Assembly (NCBI GenBank): GCA_021413965.1
Contig: JAIOPI010000022.1
Span: forward strand, 120,951 to 184,950
Length of the DNA: 64,000 bases
Reading direction: 5' to 3'
Source: Lentisphaerota bacterium
GTDB lineage: Bacteria > Verrucomicrobiota > Kiritimatiellia > UBA8416 > JAIOPI01
The translations under genes and the position numbers were made by a program. Every line of letters begins with the position of its first letter. Positions within the stretch are counted from its first letter, which is position 1. Of this stretch, positions 1 to 9,354 are shown piece by piece. The notes below the pieces were generated by a model. That model was not told where the DNA came from and did no database searches. It worked only from the letters and a program-made list of their open reading frames with translations.

Positions 1-122
1 TTTTTGTTGCGGATCGTCCAGCGCATGTCCGGAAAAAGTGCCCCCCATCGGCCGCATCCACCGGACGCTCGCGCTCGTACTCGTCCCCGCGTTGCACCAC
101 CCGCACCGCCCAACCCCTCACG

Positions 123-152
123 TTGACCCGCAGTGTGAATCTGACCTACAAT
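123..152 (+). promoter_or_regulatory. Putative sigma70 promoter of the giant secreted protein gene
   Basis: TTGACC (123-128), 18-nt spacer, TACAAT (147-152), 40 nt upstream of ATG 193. Confidence 0.55.
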
Positions 153-192
153 ACAGGGGAGTTCACAGTGACAACCGTTTACAGGAATTGAC

Positions 193-3100
193 ATGCAGCA
201 CAACCATTGCCGCCCCACCCGGTCCGGGCGTTGCGGTCCTCCAACCGCGCGGAACGTCTGGGTAATCGCTTGCGCCCTGCTGGCCAGTCTCACCACCGTG
301 TCGTCGGCCGTGAGCGTTCTGGTCCCGGGCGATGTGGCCGTGACGGGGTTTAACGGCAAGGGAAATGACAACTTCGCCTTCGTCTGCCTTGTGCCCCTTG
401 ACGCCGGCGTGCAGCTGAAGTTTGACGTCGAAAGCGCAGGCGACATTACATGGACCGTCCCCGCCGGGGGCGTTGCGGCCGGAACAACAGTCGTGGTGAC
501 CAACCCCAAGGATGGCGATACGCCCACGTCCACGTCCGTCGGGGGAACGCTCACCAAAGCAAACTACAACTTTGAAAGCGCGGGCGATGCCTTGATCGTC
601 TATCAAGGCGCCACAGCGATCTTCGCCATTGAAACCAAGGCGACCGCCTATACGCCACCCGCCGGCATTTCCTACGCCGACAATACCGTTGCCGCCCTCC
701 AGACCGGCGCCAGCGTGCTGAACGGGTACTACAGCGCCGGATCGCCTCACACCGGCGTCCGCGGCCAGATTCTGGCGGCCATTTGCACCGCTGGAAACTG
801 GACCTACAGCGCCGCCGATCCCGGCCCCGTCTTCAACGCCGCCCCGTATAATACCGGCTTCACCATCAGCCCCGGCACCTACTGGTCCAGCCCCGTTCTT
901 GATGGCGTTATGTTCACCACGCCCTTCGGCACGTTCACAAAGCTCTCCACCAACACCAATCGGCTGGCCAACATCCGCACCGACCTGAACGACGCGCTCT
1001 CGAACCCGACGCCGTGCTATGCCAACCCCGGCGACTCCCTTTCGACAAGCAGGCGCTGGTTTAGCGTGTACTTCACGAACACCGTCCCCGTCGGCGCCTC
1101 CTTGACCTCGGTAAAGCTCCATATTCAACACCAGGGATTGGCCGGGAAGAGCGGCAATTTTCAGATTCTCATCAGCACCGACAAATCCCAGTCAGGCTGG
1201 TACACAAACGGGACGGGAAGCGCCACCTTCACCAGCGCCGACATCCCGTGGACATCCAACGAGGTGGAAACTGTTTACGAGGCCGCGGCGGTGCTGGATA
1301 CCGACCAAAAACTGAATAACGCGGAGTTTCTTATCCTCAATCGCGCCGCCTCAACCGGCCAGATGAATTTCGACTACATCACGATCGAGGCCATCTACCA
1401 GGCCTCGGGCCAGCCGCAGGTCAATAACGAGGCAGGCGCGTCCCCCGTCCTCCCCGACTCGGCCACCCTCAACGGCGAACTCACGCAAGGCTCTCCCAAC
1501 CCGCGGGTACTCATGGCGTGGGGCGACAACATCGGCGGCACATCCACCAGCCAGTGGGACCGGGTCGAGGATCTCGGCACCATCGGCGTGGGCGCATTCG
1601 CTCGCACCGTCAATGGCCTGCTGGCCAACAAGACCTACTATTACCGGTGCTACGCGTCCAACTCACTGGGCGAGGCCTGGGCGCCAACGAACGCGGTGTT
1701 CACCACCACCCCGCCGGTCATCCAGTTCACGCCCACCGCAACGACACAAGCCGAGGCGACGGTCACCCTCACCCTGAATATCACCCTGAACGCGACATCC
1801 GCCGTCCCCGTAACCGTCACCGTGTCGCCTAACGGCGGGACCGCCACCGCGGGTACTGACTACCTGTTCGCCATCACCAACATCACCATCCCCGCCGGTC
1901 GCACGAGCACGAATGTGACGCTCAGGCTCCTCGATGACGGACTCAACGAGTCCACCGAGACCGCCGTCCTCTCACTCAGCGCACCAGTCAATGCCGTCCT
2001 GAACGACAACGACTCATACACGCTGACCATCACCGATAACGATGCACTGCCAGGCCTCTCGTTTGCCAACGTCCCCTATTCAGCCAGTGAAGGGGCGGCC
2101 TCCACGGAACTGACCGTGCGCCTCAGTCCGGCATCCGGCAGCAGCGTCGCCGTTCAGTACCAGACGCAGAATGGACTGGCACTCGCCGGATCGGACTACA
2201 TCGCCACCAATGGCACACTCAACTTCCCCCCGGGCGCGACGCAAGCCGTCCTGACGGTTGCCTTGGTGAGCGACGACACCCCGGAGCCGGTCGAGCAGTT
2301 CTTTGTCAACCTGTTCAGCCCCGAGAACGCGGTGGTGACAGGCACCAATCCAGTCGCCGTATCGATCATCGACGACGACCTCAGCCCCCCGCGCCTGAAC
2401 AACGATCTCGGCGCCGTGCCAGTCTCTTCCAATGCCGCCACGCTGAATGGTACATTGGAGTCCGCGGGTGGTTACGTAACCTACGTGCGCACCTATTACG
2501 GCCTCGCAGATGGAGGCACCAACCCGGCGGCATGGGCCAACAACCTGTTTCTGGGCACCTTGAGCCAGGGCGCCTTCTCCAATCGCGTCACAGGCCTGTC
2601 CACCAACACCGCCTACTACTACCGCTGCGCGGCCAGCAATCAACTCGGGTTGGTATGGGCAACGAATACCGTCAGCTTCTTCACCGGACCGCCCACCGTG
2701 CGATTCACGGCGGGATCGTCCACCAACCTGGAATCAGTCACGCCGATGCTCTTCCCGATCGCCCTGTCGGCGCCTCCCGTCTATGGGGACGACGTCACCG
2801 TGTCGTGCCGGCGCTCGGCCGGTTCGGCCACCGAGGGAAGTGACTTCACGTTTGCCACGACCACCGTCGTGATACGAGCGGGCATGTCGTCCACGAATTT
2901 CACCGCCTACATCGTCAATGACGCGCTGGACGAGAACAATGAGCGCTTCGACATTGCCATCACATCGGTCGCAAATGCGCGGCTGGGAGCTCCGAGCGCC
3001 CTCAGCTACGTAATCGAGGATGAAGACCCCTTGCCCCTCCTCTCGTTCGTCGGCTCGCCCTACAGTGTCTCCGAAAGCGGCACCAGCATCACGGTGCGAG

Positions 3101-6039
3101 TCAATCTCAGCCCGGTCTCGGGGCGGTTCGTGGACGTCAATTACGCCACCGTGGATGCCTCCGCCATCGCGGGCGATGACTATCTCAAGGCCACGGGACG
3201 CCTGACGTGGAGCGCGGGGGACTCCAGCACGCGGTCCATCACCATCCCCATCCTGAACGACAGCGTCAGCCAGGGGGACCGCTACTTCGTCTTTCAACTT
3301 TCGAATCCTGGCTTCGCCGCCTTCGCCACGTCTGACCGGGAGTCCATCGTCATCCTCGAAGACGATGCCCTGCCGCCACAAGTGTCCAATGCCAGCGGCG
3401 CCACCGATGTTCGGGGCAGTATGGCGCAGTTGAACGGGAAAGTCCTGGCCGGCATCCCCTACCCGCAGGTCCGGGTGTATTGGGGCACGAGCAATGGCGG
3501 CACCACCCCGGCCGCCTGGGGAAGGACTAATCTCATCGGCCAGCAGGCGGCCGAATTCTCAACGGAAGTGCGCGGCCTGTTGCCCACAACAACGTACTAC
3601 TACCGCTGCTTCGCCAGCAACGCCGCCGGAAGTGATTGGGCGGACGCCACCGCGTCGTTCCAAACCACCGCGGGAAAAGACTATTTTGTCAACGATCGCA
3701 ATGTGACCAATGATGTCTACTGCTCCGCCCTCGGCACCAATGCCAACAGCGGCCTGTCCAGTGCCACGCCCAAGGAAGACATCCAAGCTGTCATCGACGC
3801 ATACGATCTCAATCCGGGCGACACCGTGTTTATCGACACCGGCCTGTACGTCCTGCCAGACACGCTCATCCTGGATGCCGCTGACACCGGTTCTGCCGGC
3901 CTCTCGGCCGACGTCATGTTCCGCGGCTCTCCCCATGCCGACGGCACCATCCTGGATCGCGCGGACATCTTCTCCGACGTCATCAACGTGGCATGGGCGG
4001 GATCCACGGAAGCTTACCTGACCTTCGCCAAGCTCCAGATCACGGGCGGCCGGCGCGGTATTCGTGTGCTGGGCGACAGTTCGACCCCCACACGCGGCCT
4101 GAAGGTCAGTCAATGCGTCGTGCACGACACCTACGCGGGGTCGGACGGCGCCGTGAGCCTGCAGTTCTGCGATGACGCGCGCATCGAAAACTCCACCATT
4201 TACAACAATGACAATGGCATTTACCTGCGCGACTGCAGCGCGCCCTCCATCGTCAGCAATCTCGTCTTCAGCCACACGTTCAGCGGCATTCGCGTCCGCA
4301 ATTCCAGCGCGCCGACGATTGCCTACAACACGGCCTATGGGCAGAATGACGGCATCCTCGTGAGCACCGGCATCGGCGGCGAGCAGGTGCTCTTCAACGC
4401 CAGCTACAGCAATGCCAATAACGGGATCAGCGTCACGGGCGATGCCGGCCTGATCCGCGGCAACCGCGTCTTTGCCAACGACAACGACGGCATCAACCTG
4501 GACGGCGGCGGGTTCGAAGTCAGCGGCAATACCGTCTACGGCAACGGGGCGGAAGGCCTCGACACGTCCGGCGACGGCGGGCTCGTCTGCATCAACAACC
4601 TCGTGTATCTCAACACGAATGTGAACGTGAACTTCTACGGGGCGAACAGTGTGATCCGGTTCGAACATAACACGCTGTACGGCGGCAACGGTATCTACTG
4701 GGCCGCGCCCTGGGCTGTTACCAATCGGCATAATATCATCTGGACGACGGACCCCGGGCACGTGGGAATCGATGTGCCAAACATCCCTGCCGGCGACGGG
4801 GTCATGGTTAGCGACCGCAACTGCCTGTACGCGACCACGGCCGCCAGCGCGGGCCGCTGGGGCTCCACCGCCTGCTCGAGCCTGCAGGACTGGCAGTCCG
4901 TCTCCTGGAAGGATCCCAACAGCCTGGGAGTCGACCCCCTGTTCGCCGACAGCACCCGCGGAGATTTCCATTTGCAGTCACGCGCGGGCTCCTACCACGG
5001 AGGGCTCTGGAATGTCGACGCGGCCAACTCACCCTGCATCGACGCCGGTGATCCGACGGCTTCCTTCACAAACGAACCCGCCTACAACGGTTTGATGGCC
5101 AACCTCGGCGCCTTCGGCAACACGGCGGAAGCCAGCAAGACGCATTACACCGGCGCGTTCTATTCACTTACCCTCGCGCGTTCACCCGTCGAGGCCGGCA
5201 GCGTTCACATGGCCCCGGTCAGCGCCCTCTACCCCACCAATCGCCCCATTACCATTTGGGCCGTCGTGACCAATGACGTTTACAGCTGGTTCGGCTGGGG
5301 CGGCAGCTACGAAAGCGAATTTCTCACCAACACCCTTTACGTGACGACCAACATGACGATCACGGCCTATTTCGATGCCGGCACCAATTACACGGGACCG
5401 ATGTTCACCGTCACCCTTGCCGCCTTGCCCGTGGAGGCCGGCGCCGTCTACATCTCGCCCGTCCAGCCGACCTACCCTACGAACCAGCTGGTCACGATCT
5501 GGGCCACCGTCACCAACAGCGCCTACACCTGGCAGTCCTGGACGGGCAGTCTGCAGACGGTGACCGTCACCAACAGCTTCTACGTCCTGACCAACATGAG
5601 TATGACGGCCCGCTTCAACGCGCTGACCACGAACACCAACGGCGTGCCTGGCTGGTGGCTGGCGGGATACGGCCTGCCCAACAACCAGGCCGGCGCCGAT
5701 GCCGACTCGGATCTCGACGGCCTGGAGAACTGGAAAGAGTACTACGCGGGGACCGTCCCAACCAATCGGGCCAGCGTCCTGACCCTGTCTGCGGCTGCCC
5801 GCACGGTCAGCCTGCGCGACGCGCTGACCTTCCAAGCGGTCACCGGCAAGCTGTACCGCGTGCAGCTCTCGTCCAATCTCCCCTCGCGACTCTGGACGTA
5901 CTGGCCGGTCGCGCTCACCACCAACGGGGCCCCCACCGTGTCGCCCATCGCCGGAACGGGCACGGTCATGACGCTGTACGCCACGCCGCCCGCCGGGGTG
6001 CGTCCCTTCTATCGCGTCGATCTGAACTACACCCCGTAG
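193..6039 (+). CDS. Giant secreted multidomain protein (1948 aa): signal peptide, 3 FN3-like repeats, 4 Calx-beta domains, right-handed beta-helix, 2 InlB-B-like repeats, PVC-type C-terminal module
   Basis: Hydrophobic N-terminal segment. Three copies of [WY]GxxxGGT...W...TYYYRCxASN. Calx-beta motifs (GTATAGTDY, LAGSDY, ATEGSDF, AIAGDDY; I[TI]D[DN]D ends). Asn/Gly-rich beta-helix repeats and DFHLQSRAG...SPCIDAG. C-terminal DSDLDGLENWKEYYAGTVP...FYRV. Confidence 0.85.
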   Translation: MQHNHCRPTRSGRCGPPTARNVWVIACALLASLTTVSSAVSVLVPGDVAVTGFNGKGNDNFAFVCLVPLDAGVQLKFDVESAGDITWTVPAGGVAAGTTVVVTNPKDGDTPTSTSVGGTLTKANYNFESAGDALIVYQGATAIFAIETKATAYTPPAGISYADNTVAALQTGASVLNGYYSAGSPHTGVRGQILAAICTAGNWTYSAADPGPVFNAAPYNTGFTISPGTYWSSPVLDGVMFTTPFGTFTKLSTNTNRLANIRTDLNDALSNPTPCYANPGDSLSTSRRWFSVYFTNTVPVGASLTSVKLHIQHQGLAGKSGNFQILISTDKSQSGWYTNGTGSATFTSADIPWTSNEVETVYEAAAVLDTDQKLNNAEFLILNRAASTGQMNFDYITIEAIYQASGQPQVNNEAGASPVLPDSATLNGELTQGSPNPRVLMAWGDNIGGTSTSQWDRVEDLGTIGVGAFARTVNGLLANKTYYYRCYASNSLGEAWAPTNAVFTTTPPVIQFTPTATTQAEATVTLTLNITLNATSAVPVTVTVSPNGGTATAGTDYLFAITNITIPAGRTSTNVTLRLLDDGLNESTETAVLSLSAPVNAVLNDNDSYTLTITDNDALPGLSFANVPYSASEGAASTELTVRLSPASGSSVAVQYQTQNGLALAGSDYIATNGTLNFPPGATQAVLTVALVSDDTPEPVEQFFVNLFSPENAVVTGTNPVAVSIIDDDLSPPRLNNDLGAVPVSSNAATLNGTLESAGGYVTYVRTYYGLADGGTNPAAWANNLFLGTLSQGAFSNRVTGLSTNTAYYYRCAASNQLGLVWATNTVSFFTGPPTVRFTAGSSTNLESVTPMLFPIALSAPPVYGDDVTVSCRRSAGSATEGSDFTFATTTVVIRAGMSSTNFTAYIVNDALDENNERFDIAITSVANARLGAPSALSYVIEDEDPLPLLSFVGSPYSVSESGTSITVRVNLSPVSGRFVDVNYATVDASAIAGDDYLKATGRLTWSAGDSSTRSITIPILNDSVSQGDRYFVFQLSNPGFAAFATSDRESIVILEDDALPPQVSNASGATDVRGSMAQLNGKVLAGIPYPQVRVYWGTSNGGTTPAAWGRTNLIGQQAAEFSTEVRGLLPTTTYYYRCFASNAAGSDWADATASFQTTAGKDYFVNDRNVTNDVYCSALGTNANSGLSSATPKEDIQAVIDAYDLNPGDTVFIDTGLYVLPDTLILDAADTGSAGLSADVMFRGSPHADGTILDRADIFSDVINVAWAGSTEAYLTFAKLQITGGRRGIRVLGDSSTPTRGLKVSQCVVHDTYAGSDGAVSLQFCDDARIENSTIYNNDNGIYLRDCSAPSIVSNLVFSHTFSGIRVRNSSAPTIAYNTAYGQNDGILVSTGIGGEQVLFNASYSNANNGISVTGDAGLIRGNRVFANDNDGINLDGGGFEVSGNTVYGNGAEGLDTSGDGGLVCINNLVYLNTNVNVNFYGANSVIRFEHNTLYGGNGIYWAAPWAVTNRHNIIWTTDPGHVGIDVPNIPAGDGVMVSDRNCLYATTAASAGRWGSTACSSLQDWQSVSWKDPNSLGVDPLFADSTRGDFHLQSRAGSYHGGLWNVDAANSPCIDAGDPTASFTNEPAYNGLMANLGAFGNTAEASKTHYTGAFYSLTLARSPVEAGSVHMAPVSALYPTNRPITIWAVVTNDVYSWFGWGGSYESEFLTNTLYVTTNMTITAYFDAGTNYTGPMFTVTLAALPVEAGAVYISPVQPTYPTNQLVTIWATVTNSAYTWQSWTGSLQTVTVTNSFYVLTNMSMTARFNALTTNTNGVPGWWLAGYGLPNNQAGADADSDLDGLENWKEYYAGTVPTNRASVLTLSAAARTVSLRDALTFQAVTGKLYRVQLSSNLPSRLWTYWPVALTTNGAPTVSPIAGTGTVMTLYATPPAGVRPFYRVDLNYTP

Positions 6040-6100
6040 GGGCATCGCATCACGATTTTCCCTGTTCGCCCGCGCCCCGGTTGGTGCATACTCTCGCCCC

Positions 6101-7168
6101 ATGTCAGCGAAACTAGACAAGCGCATCCGCGCCCCGTTGCAGCGCGGCATGGCCATCCCGGCGCATCCACTGGCCCTGACCGCTCGCCGGCGCCTCGACG
6201 AAAACCGCCAGCGCGCCCTGACGCGCTACTACGTTGCCGCCGGAGCGGGCGGTGTCGCCGTCGGGGTCCACACCACTCAGTTTGAAATCCGGGATCCTGC
6301 CATCGGCCTGCTGGAGCCCGTGCTCGCGCTGGCCGCGGAAGAACTGGACCGCGCCGATCTCTCGCGCCCCACCCCCCTCGTCCGCATCGGCGGAATTTGC
6401 GGCCCCACGCCGCAGGCCGTGCGCGAGGCGGAACTGCTGCGCAAACACGGATACCACGCCGGACTGCTCAGCCTCGCCGCGCTGGCGAAAGCGTCCGATC
6501 GCGAACGCCTGGCCCATGCGCGCGCCGTGGCACGCGTCATTCCGATCATCGGATTCTACCTTCAGCCCGCCGTCGGCGGCGCCGTTCTCCCGTACGCCTT
6601 CTGGCGCCGCTTCGCTGAGATCGAGAACCTCGTGGCCATCAAGATGGCCCCCTTCAACCGCTACCAGACGTTCGATGTCGTGCGGGCACTGGCCGAAGCC
6701 GGGCGCGACGACGTGGCCCTGTACACCGGCAACGACGACAACATCGTCATCGATCTGCTGACCCCCTACCGCATCGCCACCAACGGCCGCGCGCGCGAAC
6801 GGCGCATCGTGGGGGGACTGCTCGGACACTGGGCCGTATGGACGCGCAACGCCGTCGAACTGCTGGCGGCCTGCCATGCCTGCATCGCGGACGGGCAAGG
6901 CGCGGATCCTGACATGCTGCGCCGTGCCGTGGAAATCACGGACAGCAATGCCGCCTTCTTCGATGCGGCCAATGCCTTCGCTGGCTGCATCGCGGGATTG
7001 CACGAGGTGCTGCGCCGCCAGGGGCTGCTGAAAGGCATCTGGTGCCTGAACCCGCGCGAAACCCTCTCACGCGGCCAGTCCCGCGAAATCGACCGCGTCT
7101 ACGCCGCCTATCCGCACCTCAACGACGATACCTTCGTCCGCGAGCACCTCGACCAGTGGCTGCGGTAA
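6101..7168 (+). CDS. Dihydrodipicolinate synthase (DapA/NanA)-family aldolase of unknown substrate
   Basis: GGVAVGVHTTQF, FYLQPAVGG and the Schiff-base lysine in AIKMAPFNRYQT are typical of this DHDPS-like subfamily. Confidence 0.85.
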   Translation: MSAKLDKRIRAPLQRGMAIPAHPLALTARRRLDENRQRALTRYYVAAGAGGVAVGVHTTQFEIRDPAIGLLEPVLALAAEELDRADLSRPTPLVRIGGICGPTPQAVREAELLRKHGYHAGLLSLAALAKASDRERLAHARAVARVIPIIGFYLQPAVGGAVLPYAFWRRFAEIENLVAIKMAPFNRYQTFDVVRALAEAGRDDVALYTGNDDNIVIDLLTPYRIATNGRARERRIVGGLLGHWAVWTRNAVELLAACHACIADGQGADPDMLRRAVEITDSNAAFFDAANAFAGCIAGLHEVLRRQGLLKGIWCLNPRETLSRGQSREIDRVYAAYPHLNDDTFVREHLDQWLR

Positions 7169-7185
7169 GAACCGGCCCGCTGCGC

Positions 7186-8088
7186 TCACGCCCCCAGTCG
7201 AAATCGTGGTGCGTACCCAAAGGTGCGTTGCGCCTTCGCAATGGACAGCAGCGGCGCGCGCCCCGGCAGCGGCTCCGTTACCGCCGCCAGGTCAGGCCTG
7301 TACCGGCGCAGGATTTCCATCGTGGGCTCGGGACACGTCGTGTCTGCCGCGCTGAGCGTGTAGGCGCCGTAGCCCGGCAGATCCCGCTGCTCCAGTGCCT
7401 GACGAATGCCGCGCACGACATCGGAGCGATGCACCCACTGGTAGAGGTCATCCGCCCACTTCGTCGTCGGCTTCAGCCCCGCCTTGCGCGTGGCCTCATA
7501 GGCCTCGTCCGACCACACGGCCGCAAATCGGAAGGCCGCCGTGGTGGTGCCGAATGCGCGATGAAACGTGGCACAGGTCAGCTCATTGACGTACTTGCCA
7601 AGGCTGTAGGAATCCTCTGGCACGACCTCGAACGCCTCCGTGAGCGGCATCGACGAGTAGGGCGAAGGCTTGCCGCTGAGGCGCCAGTAAAAAGTGCCGA
7701 ACGCATTGATGCTCGATGCGCACAGGAAGCGCTTCACCCCCGCCAGCCGGCACGCTTCGAGGGCAATGTACGTGCCGCAGGCGTTGACGTGAAAGGTATC
7801 GATGCCGAACTCCGGCAGCCCCGTGACCGCAGCCGCGAGATGGATCATGGCGTCGCAGCCTTCAACCGCCCTGGTGATGGCAGCGGCATCCATGATCTCG
7901 GCCTTCACGAACGGCCATCTCGTCTTGAAGGGGGCCGCGCCACGCGCGCCCGGGGCCGTCGGCAGGAAGATGGTTGCCTCTTCAGGCGGCGCCTTGTCCA
8001 CCAGTCGCAATTCGTGCCCGGCCTGCTCAAGTTCTTCAATCAACTTGCGACCAATGAATCCGCACGCTCCCGTGATGACCACTTTCAT
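7186..8088 (-). CDS. NAD-dependent epimerase/dehydratase (extended SDR)
   Basis: TGACGFIG Rossmann motif, IHLAA, ASS, and YSLGK (YxxxK). Confidence 0.9.
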   Translation of the reverse strand: MKVVITGACGFIGRKLIEELEQAGHELRLVDKAPPEEATIFLPTAPGARGAAPFKTRWPFVKAEIMDAAAITRAVEGCDAMIHLAAAVTGLPEFGIDTFHVNACGTYIALEACRLAGVKRFLCASSINAFGTFYWRLSGKPSPYSSMPLTEAFEVVPEDSYSLGKYVNELTCATFHRAFGTTTAAFRFAAVWSDEAYEATRKAGLKPTTKWADDLYQWVHRSDVVRGIRQALEQRDLPGYGAYTLSAADTTCPEPTMEILRRYRPDLAAVTEPLPGRAPLLSIAKAQRTFGYAPRFRLGA

Positions 8089-8134
8089 CGACTACGCTCC
8101 TCCCGTGCCAACGCGTGCACGTCAATCGCGCCCC

Positions 8135-9121
8135 CTAGCGCATGTTCCAATCAAGCACTATCCCGAGATTTGACTCCGACTTGCTTGCCAACATGGCGTA
8201 CATGTCAGGAGCCAAGCTGAATGGGACACGATGCGTGACCAGCGGCGCAAGGCTCAGCTTCTGCTGCGCCATCAGCGCCAGCGTGGCGTGCATGCGATGC
8301 GGAAACCAACCGGAGATGTAGTGCGTCGTTACCTCGGCCTGGTGCAGCTTGGCCATATTCGACCAGGTATCGCCCGGGGAGAATCCGGAATACACGATCT
8401 GCCCGCGCCCGTGCTCCATCAACGGCAGATACTCGGCCTCGCACGACACCGACTGCACGGTGTCGATGACAACGGCGACATAGGGGCTCCCGGTGAGCTT
8501 GCGAATCTGCGCCACTGCGTCTGGCCCGCTCTGGACGGCATGATGCGCGCTGTGCCGGGCGGCCAGTGCCAGACGCCCTTCCCGTCGGCCAACCAGGATC
8601 ACGTTTGCACCGCGTGACTTTGCCGCCTGCGCGCCGAACTGACCGATGAGCCCGTCCCCGTAGACCACCACCCAATCCCCAGCCTGAAGCGTCGGGCGGT
8701 AGGCCGCGTTGTAACCGACCTGAATGACGACCGTGGCGGCCGCGTCCAGGTCATCCACGCCGGGCGGAATGCGAAACAGCTCCTGTTGCGGGGTGTTGGC
8801 CACGGCGGCGTGCGAGCCCCAGAACGACGTCACGCCGTCTTTCCAGACGCCGATCGTGGCGACGACACGGTCCCCTGCCTTCCACTGGCGAACCGCCGAT
8901 CCCACTGCCGTGATGGTCCCGGCACGCTGGTAGCCCGGCACGCAGGGATACGGGGTCGGCATCCAAGTGAACCGATTGTGAAGGCACCACCCTTCGGTTC
9001 CGGAGCTGATCGAGGAGACATGCGTGCGAACCTGAACCTCTTCCGGGCCGGGGGGCGGGACGTCAAGCTCGCGCACCTCGACCCGATCAACACCCGCGAA
9101 GACAACGGCGCTTGTTTTCAT
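8135..9121 (-). CDS. Medium-chain (zinc-ADH fold) dehydrogenase, probably zinc-free type
   Basis: Start reassigned to MKTSAVVF (9121). GroES-like N-domain with ISSGTE and PGYQ in place of the Cys/GHE zinc ligands; GDGLIG nucleotide-binding motif. Confidence 0.85.
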   Translation of the reverse strand: MKTSAVVFAGVDRVEVRELDVPPPGPEEVQVRTHVSSISSGTEGWCLHNRFTWMPTPYPCVPGYQRAGTITAVGSAVRQWKAGDRVVATIGVWKDGVTSFWGSHAAVANTPQQELFRIPPGVDDLDAAATVVIQVGYNAAYRPTLQAGDWVVVYGDGLIGQFGAQAAKSRGANVILVGRREGRLALAARHSAHHAVQSGPDAVAQIRKLTGSPYVAVVIDTVQSVSCEAEYLPLMEHGRGQIVYSGFSPGDTWSNMAKLHQAEVTTHYISGWFPHRMHATLALMAQQKLSLAPLVTHRVPFSLAPDMYAMLASKSESNLGIVLDWNMR

Positions 9122-9226
9122 CCGATTGGTCCACCCTTTGCCGCCTGAGCCGCCACCGGCGGCCCCACCCATACCGAAGCGAAGCCACACTGCAAAAAAT
9201 GATACACACTTTTCGCGCCGTGTCTC

Positions 9227-9242
9227 CCGAAAACGTTTCCGG
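9227..9242. promoter_or_regulatory. LacI/GalR-type operator-like palindrome
   Basis: CCGAAAACGTTTCCGG (14/16 palindromic, central AAACGTTT), about 110 nt upstream of the dehydrogenase-epimerase pair. Confidence 0.45.
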
Positions 9243-9354
9243 CCCTGGAGCCCGGGCAATGGAAATCACGACCGTTAAGCGACGTCTGCACGCGCGTCAC
9301 AGGGGCGTGTGGAACGCCGGGGGGGGGGGAGCCAGTCAGGGAGTACTCGCCGGC

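Noticed and set aside
6101-7168. dapA (lysine biosynthesis)
   Set aside because: Lacks the DapA GTTGE signature, is longer, and sits in a catabolic context
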